A program made the position numbers and the translations under genes. A stretch of DNA of 64,000 bases from Oikopleura dioica. Its lineage: Eukaryota; Animalia; Chordata. The stretch spans positions 11,904,001 to 11,968,000 of the forward strand of contig OU015568.1 of NCBI GenBank assembly GCA_907165135.1, in the 5' to 3' direction. Shown here in pieces: positions 10,343-22,234 of the stretch. Within the stretch, counting starts at the first letter, position 1. Each line of letters begins with the position of its first letter. The notes under the pieces were generated by a model. The model saw only the letters and a program-made list of their open reading frames with translations. It had not been told where the DNA came from and searched no databases.

Positions 10343-13147
10343 ATGGCAGTGAGCATGGAAGTCGATCAGGTCCCTCCAACCCAGCAGCCTGAAGCAACCG
10401 CTACTCCAGTTTCAGTGCCTCCCGAAACAAATCCCCAAGAAAATGATTCAATCAAAGCAGAAGGGGAAAACAACAATGATTCCGCAGCACTGCCAAAGCC
10501 AATCATGGAATCGAAAGACGAGCCCATGGAGGTGAAAATGGAAAATATGGAAATTCAGGAGGACAAAGATGAAAAGCCAGAAGTGAAAGTAGACAACCGA
10601 TCGGACAATTGGCTTCCCGCCAAACGAAACGATTTAGTCAAAGCTGGCTCTGGATTGTTCCCTCGCGCTCGACATGGGCACAGACTCGTCGCCATCCGAG
10701 GATTGATACTTCTTTTCGGCGGTGGGGATCGCGAAATCCGGGATGATTTGATGGTCTACTCCACAGAAAATGGAAATTGGTTCAAGCCAAGCTGCTCGGG
10801 TGACATTCCTCCTGGAGTTGCAGCGCATGGCATGATTGCGGATGGCACGCGAATTCTAATTCATGGTGGCATGCTGGAATATGGTAAAATGTCAAATGAT
10901 CTCTACGAGCTTCAAGCGTCAAAGGTACTAATCTGAAAGGATTATCATAATTTCAATTAATCGATTTCATTTAGTGGGAATGGAAAAAATTAGAGCAGAA
11001 AGGACAAGCGGGCTCAGTTCCATGCCCAAGAATGGCGCACAGCTTCACGAATCTGGGCTCATCTGGAACAGTCGTTCTTTTCGGAGGAGTGACGAATAAA
11101 TCCGATTCTCCGGAGCGACTATTTCGTCCGGAATTCTTCAACGATGTATATTATCTCGCGCTCAAAGGCGGAACGGGCATTTACAATTGGAGCAAAGCGA
11201 CCATAGCTGGAACTCCTCCGTCTCCGAGGGAGAGCCACACTGCTTGCGTTTACAAGCCCGAAGGTCGTGCTCAAATGGTCATTATTTATGGAGGCAAAGA
11301 TGAGCGAAAACGCCTTGGCGATATCTTCTCTCTCGACACTGGAACCAACACTTGGACAGAGCTGAAACCTTTGGGTAACCCACCATTGATGCGCTCAATG
11401 CACGCGTCTGTAATGGTCAGTGAAACAAAAATGGTCGTTCTTGGCGGACTCGTTAACAAAAACGACAAGTTCGATCTGTTAATGGACAACCACTGTCCCT
11501 CAGGAAAAGATGTCTGGGAGCCAGACGACAGTGTCAGGATATTAGATTTGGCTGCCGATGAATGGTTAGAGAAGGGACTTCAGGATTTGGGTTTCGTAAG
11601 CGTCTGCTAGCTTAATTTGTCGGGTGAGAATAAACTGGCAGATGTCTAATGGCACTTTCACCATGTGTTGGTAAAGAAAGGGATTTTATAATCTATTTTT
11701 CAGACAACTTTTAGTCTAGTCAGAACATTTGTCCACTTAGGAAACCCAAGAAAGGGCGAACAACAGGACAAGCTCTCATTCGCTAGATATGGCCTTCAAG
11801 CGGCCCTCGTTGGATCACAAATCTACATCTTCGCTGGAAAGAAAAACGATCGTGAATGTGTCAATGATCTCGTTTTTCTTGAAACAAAGACCCCTCCGCG
11901 GCCCGTCAATCTACGTCTTATGAAAGCAACGAGTAACAAGACTTTTCCACACATTTCATATTCTTGCTTTATCGCAAAAGGAAGCCTACATAATTTTTCT
12001 TATTTGTAACTTGTCGGAAAGGCTTGGAAACTGAGATCCACGTCGCCTGGAGCTCGATCAAAACAGCGGAAAAGTATTTAGTTCAATGCTCTCCTGTAGA
12101 ACCGAAAAAGGTAGAGAAGAAGGCTGATAGCTCGGAATCTAAAGAGGAAAGTGAAAAAGGAACTGATGAAGTTAAATCCGACGATAAAAAGGAAGAAGAA
12201 GTGGAAAAGGTAAAATATGAATCATTCGAAGCGGATTTGAAAAAGTTTTACTAGAGTAAGATTCCAGCGAGTAAAATTGAATGGCACGATGTACAGATTC
12301 TCAAACACACAGGAGTTGGACCCACAGTCAGTTGCGAGATACAACACTTCTACCAACAAGCAGCTGAAGGTGAAACGCTTTCAGAAGATGAAAAGGCCTT
12401 TTTGGATGCAGAGAAAACATGGAAAAAGACAAAACTGTCGCCTGGAGTAACTTATAGAGTGCGGTATGTATTGAATAACGAGTAGCACCGATCTTTAATT
12501 GATTTTAGAGTATGCGCGATAAACTCCTGCGGTCGATCTCAATTCTCTGACTACGGCTCTTACAAAACAAGTACACCAGGATTCCCTGGTGCTCCCTGGA
12601 ACATCAAAGTCTCGAAAACAGAAGCTGGCGCATCTCTTGCTTGGCAACCTCCAGCGAACGCGGATGTCATCGAATATTCTGTGTATCTTTCAGTGAAGAA
12701 AGAGTTTACCTCTAGTCCTGTAAGTGATGTCTGGTTTCCTCCTTATCAAAGATAATGACATTATTCGCTGCCGCAGCCGTCTAGGACAGTCTGGGAAACC
12801 TTGTGATTTCCCTATTTAGTAGACTCAAGTCAAGTGTTGTCTAACGAGATTTCTTCAGGGTGCTGGAAAATCAAATTTCACAAGAGTGTACATCGGGCAT
12901 GACGCTGCATGTGTTGTCTCTCATACTCTACTATCGCAAGCCGCAACTAGTCAAAATGATGCTAACAAAGCTGCAGTTATTTTCAGGATAGCTGCGAAAA
13001 ATAAAAAGGTAACGACTTGCTTTATCATCCTTTTAACTTTGCTTCCAGGGGTATGGGCCAGCAACACAAGTTCGCTGGATCCAAGACGCGAAAATTAAAC
13101 GCCCTGCTGGATCATCCAAACATGGCGACGCGAAGAAAGCTAAATAA
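10343..13147 (+). CDS. HCFC1: Host cell factor (kelch propeller + FN3 repeats + C-terminal NLS), compact form
   Basis: [79 protein letters not shown] and a KRP...KKAK* end. Confidence 0.92.
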
Positions 13148-13223
13148 GAGAATTTCTGCTCGTAGGAAATTCTTCTTTACTAGGAAAAACAGATACTGCC
13201 GTCCAATCAAAACAATAAGTTCC

Positions 13224-15807
13224 TTACTTTCCTTCACTGCTTATTTTTCTCAATCTTTGGGAAACTTTCAATAAACTTTTGTAAATTTCAGATTTTGCGT
13301 AAGCAAAGGCCTTTAGCCTGTAGTGTTGTTTATTCAGTATTTTTACAATATTAGCTAGTTCAGTATCTTCTTGTCTGTTGTCATGATTCTTCTTTGAGTT
13401 AGGGCTCGGCAGGGGATAAAAGTCTATCCTTGAAGGCTCCAGAACATGATATGATGAGGTAGTTAATATGCAGCCAGTAATCAAGATGAAGGTCTGAAAA
13501 AGTTTTTGAGCAATTGTAAGGATTTCGTGTGTTTACCGGAATAGAAAAACAAGCGTAAATTGAAAAGTTTATGGTGGAACTGATCCATAGAGGGGCTAAG
13601 ATTGTGGCAAGAGTTTCGACGCCGATTCGTACGCCTTGAATTGAACTTTGGTAGTATTGAGGTGTAAACTTAGAGAGTAACGATGCTTTTTAAACGGTCA
13701 GCATATTATATGCTGCATATAGAGATTCTCTATTAGAGAAGAAAAACGTGCTTGACTTTTTTCTCTGACCGCTTCCTGAAGCCACCACGAGCCAGGCCAT
13801 GAAGAAACATTGTAACAGGACGACAACGCCCGTCAAAATATACAAGTAAGTGGCTCGGAATGTAGCGTTGGGAACTGTAGTGGTGAGGATAACTGTATTT
13901 AGAAACTCTACGGACATTCCAATCAGGAGTGCTCTTCGTTGCTGAAATCCAGGTCGATCGGATATGAGTTTCATGCTGAAGATAACGGTTATTTTTTGTG
14001 ATCGAAGACAATATTTCTCACCAGAAATATCCAGAAACAGCAACAACGCCAATAAAGACATAAGTCATCGCATTCTGGACACTTGTGAAACCAAGAAATC
14101 GTTTGGAGAGAGGAGTGAACACTGTTTCCAAAGACGACTGTAAGAACATTCCACCGAAAGATCCAACAAGACAGACAACAACTTGCTCACGAAGCAGTAG
14201 CTTAAGTATGCCACCAGATGTGATATCTAAATAACGTTTCAAAGGTATTCCAATTTAACCTGTACTATCAAGAGAGTATGAATATTTTCTACACTCTAAC
14301 TGATAGCATCTCAAATTGTGGTAATCAATATAGTCTGTCTTAGTGATAGAGACATATTATTACGTTGATAAACCGTACCTTTTGTTTCTTTCCATTTGAA
14401 ATGAAGACTGTGTATGCTCGCGGTAAGATTGACATCATCGTCTTCTGGAATGGTCTCACTTTCTTCATATGCTAAATGGGGCTCGATATTTCCGTTTTAC
14501 CCTGTTTGATAAATTTCCATAGATAATGAATTCACTGTATAAATCATTGTGAAATTTCATTCATAAAAAGATAATTTCTGAATTTATCGAATCATTGATT
14601 TGCAATCATTTTTCAATCAATGAACTTTTCGTAACTATTGTCATTTATAATCATTCTGATCATTAGGAATCAACGAAATTGGTGCCCATCCTTTCGATTT
14701 AGGAATGTCGGTCGAGTTACCTAGTCCAGCGTCATGATACAGCAAGATAATAACAGTAAGCACAGACGCCCAGATACACATTAGGAAGAAGCCTTGCACA
14801 TTGTATGGGTTGATTTGCACGCCGCCAGGGAGGGTGAAGTTAGCATACTTCAGGAATAACATACAGAATGGTCCAATAATTACGCCAACTTGTCTGAAAT
14901 TTTAATGTCATACTTCTTACAAATTGGTGCGAGCTCGTTCACCTCATCAAAATCGCAGAAGCGATCACAGATCCACGATTTTCTGGTGGCGCGTTTCGCG
15001 TCAACGTCCCGACAACAGGTGCATCCAGTCCGTATCCTATTCCTGCCAGGAATCGACCAAATACAATCCACATTTCAGGCTTTGTTCCAGGCAGTCCGGG
15101 CGCCAAGAAGTAGATGATACTTCCAGTTAGATGGAGAGAAACGCCAAAGATCAAAAGTGGCCGTGACGTTCCTAACCAATCGCAAATTCTTCCAAGAGAA
15201 GGAGCAGCAATTATGCTACCGATTGCGAAAATGGAAATTACTACCCCCATATAAACCTTTTATCGGGTTCTTTTTCTTTGTTGAATAACGCTCAGGATAT
15301 CGAATAAACCGTTAGTTCCTTACTACGGGGCTGATTATTTTATTTTCTCAAATTATACGTAAGAATATATTTCAAAGAAATACCCATCCTGTGCGGCTCC
15401 GAGATATTCCGTGAGATATGCATTGACAGTGGGAATAATTAGGGCCCGATCAGCTCCAGCAGAAAAATACCAGACAGCAACTGCTATCTTAAGACAGAGT
15501 AAATCATAAAATTAAAACATATGTGGTTAATTATATTTAATAAATTTGCGCCAGTTATAGGACTTTGTCTCATTATTTTAATGATTCATCTGCTTTGAAT
15601 ACTATTCTCGGAGCAATTCTGAATTCGGCATATATAATTGACGCAAATTAATTCGAAGATAATTTTAATCCCCATGCTACTCGACTCGAGCAGGTTGAGT
15701 TTATTTTTTATATGATTGATCGGATCAATCATCAATTTGATCCACCACAAAGTACTCACCATATAAAGTTTTCTTTGTTTTTCGAGGGATTCATCGCTCT
15801 TTCCCAT
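13224..15807 (-). CDS. Major facilitator superfamily transporter (MFSD8-like), multi-exon; 3' end uncertain
   Basis: Exon 1 MGKSDESLEKQRKLYM followed by GTGAGT. MFS motifs GVVISIFAIGSIIAAPSLGRICDWLG and GRFLAGIG. Many hydrophobic helices. Confidence 0.75.
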
Positions 15808-16569
15808 ATTTATTTATCCTCTTTCGAAATTTCCTTCTGCTTTTCTCGTTTTTTTGGGTTTTTTTAATTGAAAAATCAATCCATGGCCTTCCTCTTTTTT
15901 CGCTTCAAATTTCTTATTTTCCGGCGACCAGACAGACGATGTGTAATTTTGTTATGGCGAGATGTTCTAGCCGAGTAAACAATATTTCTCTTGATTTCTT
16001 CCAGGTCAAAGATCAGTGTTAGCCTTCTGACATAACACCCTACGAATCCTGGCGGATTGACTGTATGTCTCACCCGTTTGTTTTGGCGTGAGCGCGATCA
16101 ATTTTTCTTACTCAGCCCCTCTTGGATGATCTCATTTTTAACTCATTCAAAGGATTCTTTGTTTTTCTGTGCCCGGGGCGCGACTAGCACGCTGGGGTTC
16201 AAGGTTTGGCACTCATCCAGAACGTGGCATTGACATTGGCACAGCGTCAAAGTGAGGATAGCACTCAGAAGTTAGCACGAACGTTTTTACTACTTTACTT
16301 TCATTTTCATCAAGACAATTTTTGTCTTTCGCTATGTTTTCCTTTTACGCTACCTAAAGACCTGTTCTAGTATGGCTGTTAGAATCGAAGTAAAACAGTC
16401 GTATTCTTGCAAATTCCAACAGCTTCTATGAAATACACAAATTTAAAAGTTCCGATTTATTTCGCGCAATCGCGGTTTCAGAAGATAATACTGCTGCAGA
16501 AATTCCTAAACTGGGGCTAATTACAAGAGATGACATCGAATTATGAACAGTATTCTGTGTTTTTGATGA

Positions 16570-17223
16570 TCACATGATGTATTCGAATGGATGGTTGACC
16601 ATGTTTTGCTGGAGATCATTGAGAGTAGGAAGGTGTTGATACTGCATTGCATGGGCTGCGGAAACTTGTGGGATGTTTGGAAGAGTTGGGTTGAAGAGCT
16701 GCGTCGGATTAGCGTTGTTGAGTGCAGGAGCAAATGGGTGGGGAAGACCAACAGCTTGAAAATCAGGCATTGCAGAGCGAAGAGGTGCTCCCGGAGATGT
16801 AGCCATTCCCATGGCTCCAGTTGACACTGGGCTAGGAGGATCCGACATTGATCCTTGTCGCGAAGAATCATTTTGGGCTTGGGACATTGAGATGATATCT
16901 CGTTCGAGTTTCTTTATCAACTCCGTTGCAGAACGAAGCAAAGCCAATCGACTGACATCTTTGCCCAAGCTCACATGTCGGCCGATGACATCCTTGAGAT
17001 CCATGAAACATTCGCGGTGCTTCTTGACTCGAATTCGTTCCCGAGCGTTGTTGGCTTCTCGGCGTAGCTGAAGGGCGGAATCTGGAGTAGTCGGTGGCGA
17101 AAACTGGCCGAGCATTGACGAGTTATCATTGAAGTTCATCGTTGCATCATTTCGAGATGCACCATTTTGAGGTCCAAGCAGTTGTTGGTATGAAAAAGGT
17201 GACATAGAATCGGATGATTTCAT
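16570..17223 (-). CDS. Divergent class I (E-protein/TCF3-like) bHLH protein, single 217-aa ORF
   Basis: RREANNARERIRV...RLALLRSATELIKKLERDI resembles the E-protein RRMANNARERLRV bHLH. Flanked by Q/P/S-rich regions. Confidence 0.7.
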   Translation of the reverse strand: MKSSDSMSPFSYQQLLGPQNGASRNDATMNFNDNSSMLGQFSPPTTPDSALQLRREANNARERIRVKKHRECFMDLKDVIGRHVSLGKDVSRLALLRSATELIKKLERDIISMSQAQNDSSRQGSMSDPPSPVSTGAMGMATSPGAPLRSAMPDFQAVGLPHPFAPALNNANPTQLFNPTLPNIPQVSAAHAMQYQHLPTLNDLQQNMVNHPFEYIM

Positions 17224-18055
17224 TTCTATGTTTTGCTAGTGTTTCTTAATTTGTTTGTAGAAATTTGTATCCGCACGAACTTATAAATCTGCTATTTGCT
17301 TCTGGACGACGGCTGAGGGCGCGAGAGGGTGGCCCTAATATGGCAAAAATCGCACTATTTTTTCTACCATAGCGCGACTCATTTGCGCATTGATTCTGGG
17401 GCCCCGAACATTTCCTGGGATGTACAATTTAAATACATGATAAGGTCAGGGACGCATCAGGAAGTTTGTGGAAGTGACGAAGTTCTTTATTTGATACAGT
17501 ATAAACAGGGGAGTTATAGACGCGTCGGATTCTCGGTTTGGTTTGAACTTTTTGGCATTTTGAACTGGTGAAGAGGAGCCATGTAAGGAAAATGATTGAA
17601 ACCTGAAGAATATGGTCAATTAATATCTTAAAAATCACAAGTTGCAGCTAAAAAATTAGGTAGAAAAACGCTAAAATCAGAAAATTGTTCAGAAAATTTC
17701 TATTAGATACGGGTAAGTCCGACTTATTACGTCGATAACACCTGCATAATACTACTATTGGATAAAAAGTGATCTCATAGATTCAAGTTCTTGAAGCATA
17801 ACTTGAAACGGTGATACGGCCTCTACCTGAAGATTAAGCATCATCATTTGCGCCAGCTCCAGCATCTTCATCTGATAATAGGGTTATTATACCTGGAAGC
17901 ATCAGATAGAACTGAGTATACATCCGATTTTCGATTCGAAAGAACTTTGCCGTTAATATTTACGTGGCAGCTAGACAATGAAATAAACCACATTTATACC
18001 AGTACGATATTTTCTTAGAAAAGTTACCAAAAATCGTTGTTGATTTTCAAATGAC

Positions 18056-20577
18056 TTAGATTTTTCGTCGATAATCCAAAAAATCTTGAGGGACGATAAT
18101 ATGAGATTGAGCCTCTGAGTCGAGGAGCTCTAACCCGTACGCTGAGGATGAATCTGAATCGGAGAATCCGTCGTCGTCATTGTAGTAGTATGCTGAGTTT
18201 TTGGCTCACGAGAAATTCAGGCAAAATATGATGAGTATGTAACATACTGTATGTGACATAATATGTCGAAGTTATGAGCCTCCATGATTCATGAGGTATT
18301 TATAATACGGAAGTTAAGCCCTGGAAAAAAGTCTGTTGAGCCCTTAGCGTAATCATCTTCAAGATCATCTAATTCCTCATCCTCATTCGTATGGTCTTGT
18401 GTCTTGTCATTCTCAACGTCTTCATTCTCCAACTCTTCTTGCTTTATCTTATGCTGGCGTTGGATAAAAATTAAGAAGCACTTTTCCAGCGGAAGGTTCA
18501 GCCGTAGGTCCTTTTATTAGGTAGTTACATGATGCTCATGAATAATATTTTTATTCAAAATATATTTAACACAATTAAAATACCTGATTAATTGGATCGG
18601 AGTAAAATCTGTTGTTCACCGTTCGATTCATTTCCGCGAGACCTTCCAGAGTTCGTTTCAGCCTGAGTGAATATAGTAAAAAATTGTGGACAGATTTGTC
18701 TGGAGCTCTAGACGGAAAATTGTACCTGAAATGTCAAAAAATACGTCAAAGAAAGGTTCGGTTCATACCGGTTAGGATGGGGGTTTTTCAGAGGCTCGCC
18801 ATTGATCGTCATGTGAATTTTTTGTGCCCATATCAATTTCGCTGCCTTATATCCCAGAAGAAAGAGTTCTGATACTGAGAGAAATATTGACTTTTTTGAG
18901 TTAACTTCATTCAAATGATTTTAAGTGACCATAAGAACCATGACAATAAACAGGTGATAATTAACTACTCTTGACCAAACTGTCAAACCAAACATAATCC
19001 AGCTGATAATTGTCTTCTCCTTAGGTCTAAAAGTAAGTAATTTGAAAATGGGCGCGCTTTAATCCCGCAAACCTGGACATAAAAACTGACCTGCTCATGA
19101 AACACTGAGTTACAACGCGACATGGGGAGCGATTGCAAAGATATGAATTCTTGATTTGGGTGCCGTAAATTTTGAATTGAACGAAGGCAAAGAAACATTC
19201 CATGGCTATCCTCAGCAGCAGCTACAAGGAAGAAACAAATCATTAGTGATAACAAGGTGACAGGAAGAAAAAAAAAGATAAAAACCTATAATTTGGTTGG
19301 CACTCCTTATTTCTTTTTTTACAAAAACATTTTCTTGTAAGGAAGCTGCCAGTATCTTACCTGTAGTATGTACATAAGAAGAATCGAGGGAAGCTCTGCT
19401 GAAATATTCTGAACTTCTTGTCTGATCATTTTCGTCTTCAGAGTATAATTTTGGTAATCCACAAGTTTGAGCGACAACTCCGAGGCTGATCCATCCGCAG
19501 ATCGTGAATCAAGAGCATTTTGTACGGCTCTATCCTTTATAGAAGTTCGGGTATTCATACTTTTAGTGAGGTAAAATTAAGCTCTCGTAAAAAACAATCA
19601 CGAAGAGAATTGGTTTATAATAAACCGTTTATCTGTCGGATGATTGGACATTTTTTCTCCATATCTAAATTTTACTGGAGGTAGCGTATATGATTATTAT
19701 TAGCGTTTATAAGAATGGCAACTTATTATAATAAAATGGTGAAGTATGAGCTTCTTTCCTGGATTATCTCCCGGACGAGGTTCATCATGCAATGAACAGC
19801 GTTGACCGCCCACTTGATGAAGGGTTTAGAGTTTTGATACTTATAATGCCACAGCTCCTAGCACCTGACAGTAAGCGTTCATTTATCAATCCATAAGCCA
19901 TGAACGACTTTGCAAGGTGGTAGTTAAACCTTCAGCGGCCTGCCTTGTTTAAGAAATTTACAGGGAAGAATACTTCTTCAATTTTAACCCCTTCCAGAAC
20001 AAATATAACTGTAGGCGCACATGTGAAAATAATCTTGATTTGAAGGTCAATCAATTATCGAACATTTGACATCTACTAGTAGCGCAATTCATTCGACTTT
20101 TAAAACTATTTTTATTAGATAGGACCTTGACCTGGACCGCCCAAAATCGAATCTGAGAAATGGGCGAAATTTGATTGAAACAGACATTTTCACAACCCAC
20201 TTGAAGTGTGTTGCATTTAAAACTTGACTGTTCGTCAGAATAAATTGCCGAAGCAATGCTTTTTGGTGGTGACTAACGATATCTTTTACCTAAGGTCAAA
20301 TATAGATCACCAAAACCTGCAGACAATTACAATTCTACAAGTATACAGAGCAACGAACCAGTATTTTCCGAGAATTGTTGCGTGTCGATTCACCTGAGCG
20401 AGGAGATTTTCCAAAACGCTGTAACTACATAATTTTATAAAATGGCGAAATGAACCCGTCTCATACACATCTTCGAGAAATATTAGATGAATATCGAGAT
20501 CTATCTGATGTGTTTAATGAAAGGAGTATATTTGGTTGATAAATGAACTTATAATCTTTTGAAGATACTTACGCCAT
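18056..20577 (-). CDS. Connexin (gap junction protein) split into more than 10 short exons
   Basis: MAYSVLENLLAQVNRHATILGKYW; E1 YSDEQSSFKCNTLQVGCENVCFNQISPISQIRFWAVQ (20132-20258); IIFTCAPT; E2 YLCNRSPCRVVTQCFMSR|PKEKTII (19090-19221). All six extracellular Cys are present. The loop and tail exon structure is less certain. Confidence 0.92.
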
Positions 20578-21212
20578 GTTAATCCGAAAAGAAACGGGAG
20601 CCCATATCTATCGTAAATCTTGCTAAGTTCAAGGTTCCTCTTTTTTCTTCTTTTCAAAATGTCTCTTTTTTCAAAGTTTGAGATTTGTCTCGTTTTTCAT
20701 GTCACGGCGAACGATCACCAGTTGTGCAATAATTCAAGTTTAGTAGATTCTATCAGCGACGCGCAAAGCCTCTCACATTTTACTTTTGAAAAAGAGATAT
20801 TCGTCGAGTCAAGGGAAAGAAAAGAGCAAGGGAGGGAGTGTGAGCGTACCACTGGTGCATTTTGCACGGAAGAAAATAAGGTCAACACGTTTTTTAATTG
20901 AGAGAAATGTGTTCTTGAAGACAGGACATCAAACTTCCGTGTTGTGTGTTTTGACAAGAAGGAAAACTGCGAACAACTGACCCGTGAGGTGGGAGGGAGC
21001 GACAGCTGGGAGAAGACACGACAGAAAATTTTGTGGACGTATGTTCGTTTTCAACAACTTTTATAATGAAGAAAATGATCGAGAACCAGCCCCTGCGGTT
21101 GGACAAAAATGAAAAGAGATGCATTCTTTGAAGATTTTACTGTCTTCAATGTGAAAGAGCTTTTATGAAAATAAACTTTATTGGTAGTAGAAAAGTAGAA
21201 TGTCTTTGAATC

Positions 21213-22062
21213 TCAGCGGCGCTTTGAATTTTTTCCTTTGGCACTCTTTTTTCGCTTCTTTTTCGCCTTTTCTTCTTCCAAAAATTGAACTAGGTAAATC
21301 TTGGGTAAATGAGGTGTTCGGGTAAACAGCTTGAAAACATAGAAAAGAGAACATGCTGGATGCGTATTTTTGACTTGGCTTGAACTTGACTGGTGCTTGA
21401 CTACTTTTTCTTTCCTTTGCCCTTTGGTGCTGACTTGCTGCTTTTTGAATTAACTACAGAACATGTAAATATTGCTTTGAGGAATGAATGAGGACTTACC
21501 AATTTCGTCGATAGTTTTGGCAAAGTCAGCGTGGCCGGCGGAGACAGCGATCGCTTTACAATCTAATCCGTTGACTGCTGGAGAGCTAGAATTAAATTTC
21601 GTTAATATCAGTCAGCAAAAGGAATAATCTTACTTGATATTGGCACCGGCAGCGAAAAGCGCTTCAAAACCAGTTTTATTCGCCCAGAAACTAGACAACT
21701 GAACAGGGGTGAAGCCAGAAACTCCTTCTTTATGCAACAAATCTGGACGGGCTTTTAGGATAGCCGCAATCGTAGCAGGCTTCCCAAGACATGCTGCAAG
21801 TTCGAGAGGCGTCTTTCCGGAGCTTTAAAACGGAAGAATAGATGCTATGAAAGTGGAAAACCGAGTTGAGTAAGAATCGGTAAGTTGAAAAATAAATTTC
21901 CGAAGTTTCTTGATCCCATGAGCTCCGACTCCGGAAGTCGCTTTATTTGGTCAAAGTAATGAAAGATCTCCCGTGCCTAGGATCAAGCTGGTCCAGCATA
22001 TCATTTGTCATTTCCACTGGAAATGGTTCATCGCGGTACACTGCTTCAACGATTGCTTCCAT
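21213..22062 (-). CDS. Small ankyrin-repeat protein with Lys-rich tail (loosely ANKRD45-like); 3' end uncertain
   Basis: GKTPLELAACLGKPATIAAIL and SGFTPVQLSSFWANKTGFEALFAAGANI repeats. ATG at 22062 is preceded by TTATTCCAG. Confidence 0.7.
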
Positions 22063-22234
22063 TCTGGAATAATGGAGAATTAAAATCATTCACGAAGGTT
22101 TTATAAAAATAAGAATCTGTATTGTGGAAAAAACAAGATCAATATAAAATTAGATTACAAGGAGAGATTTGAAGTAAAAGGCAGACTTGGCGAAAAAGCA
22201 CAATTCGAATGATACAGTCTATTTAAATTTACAG

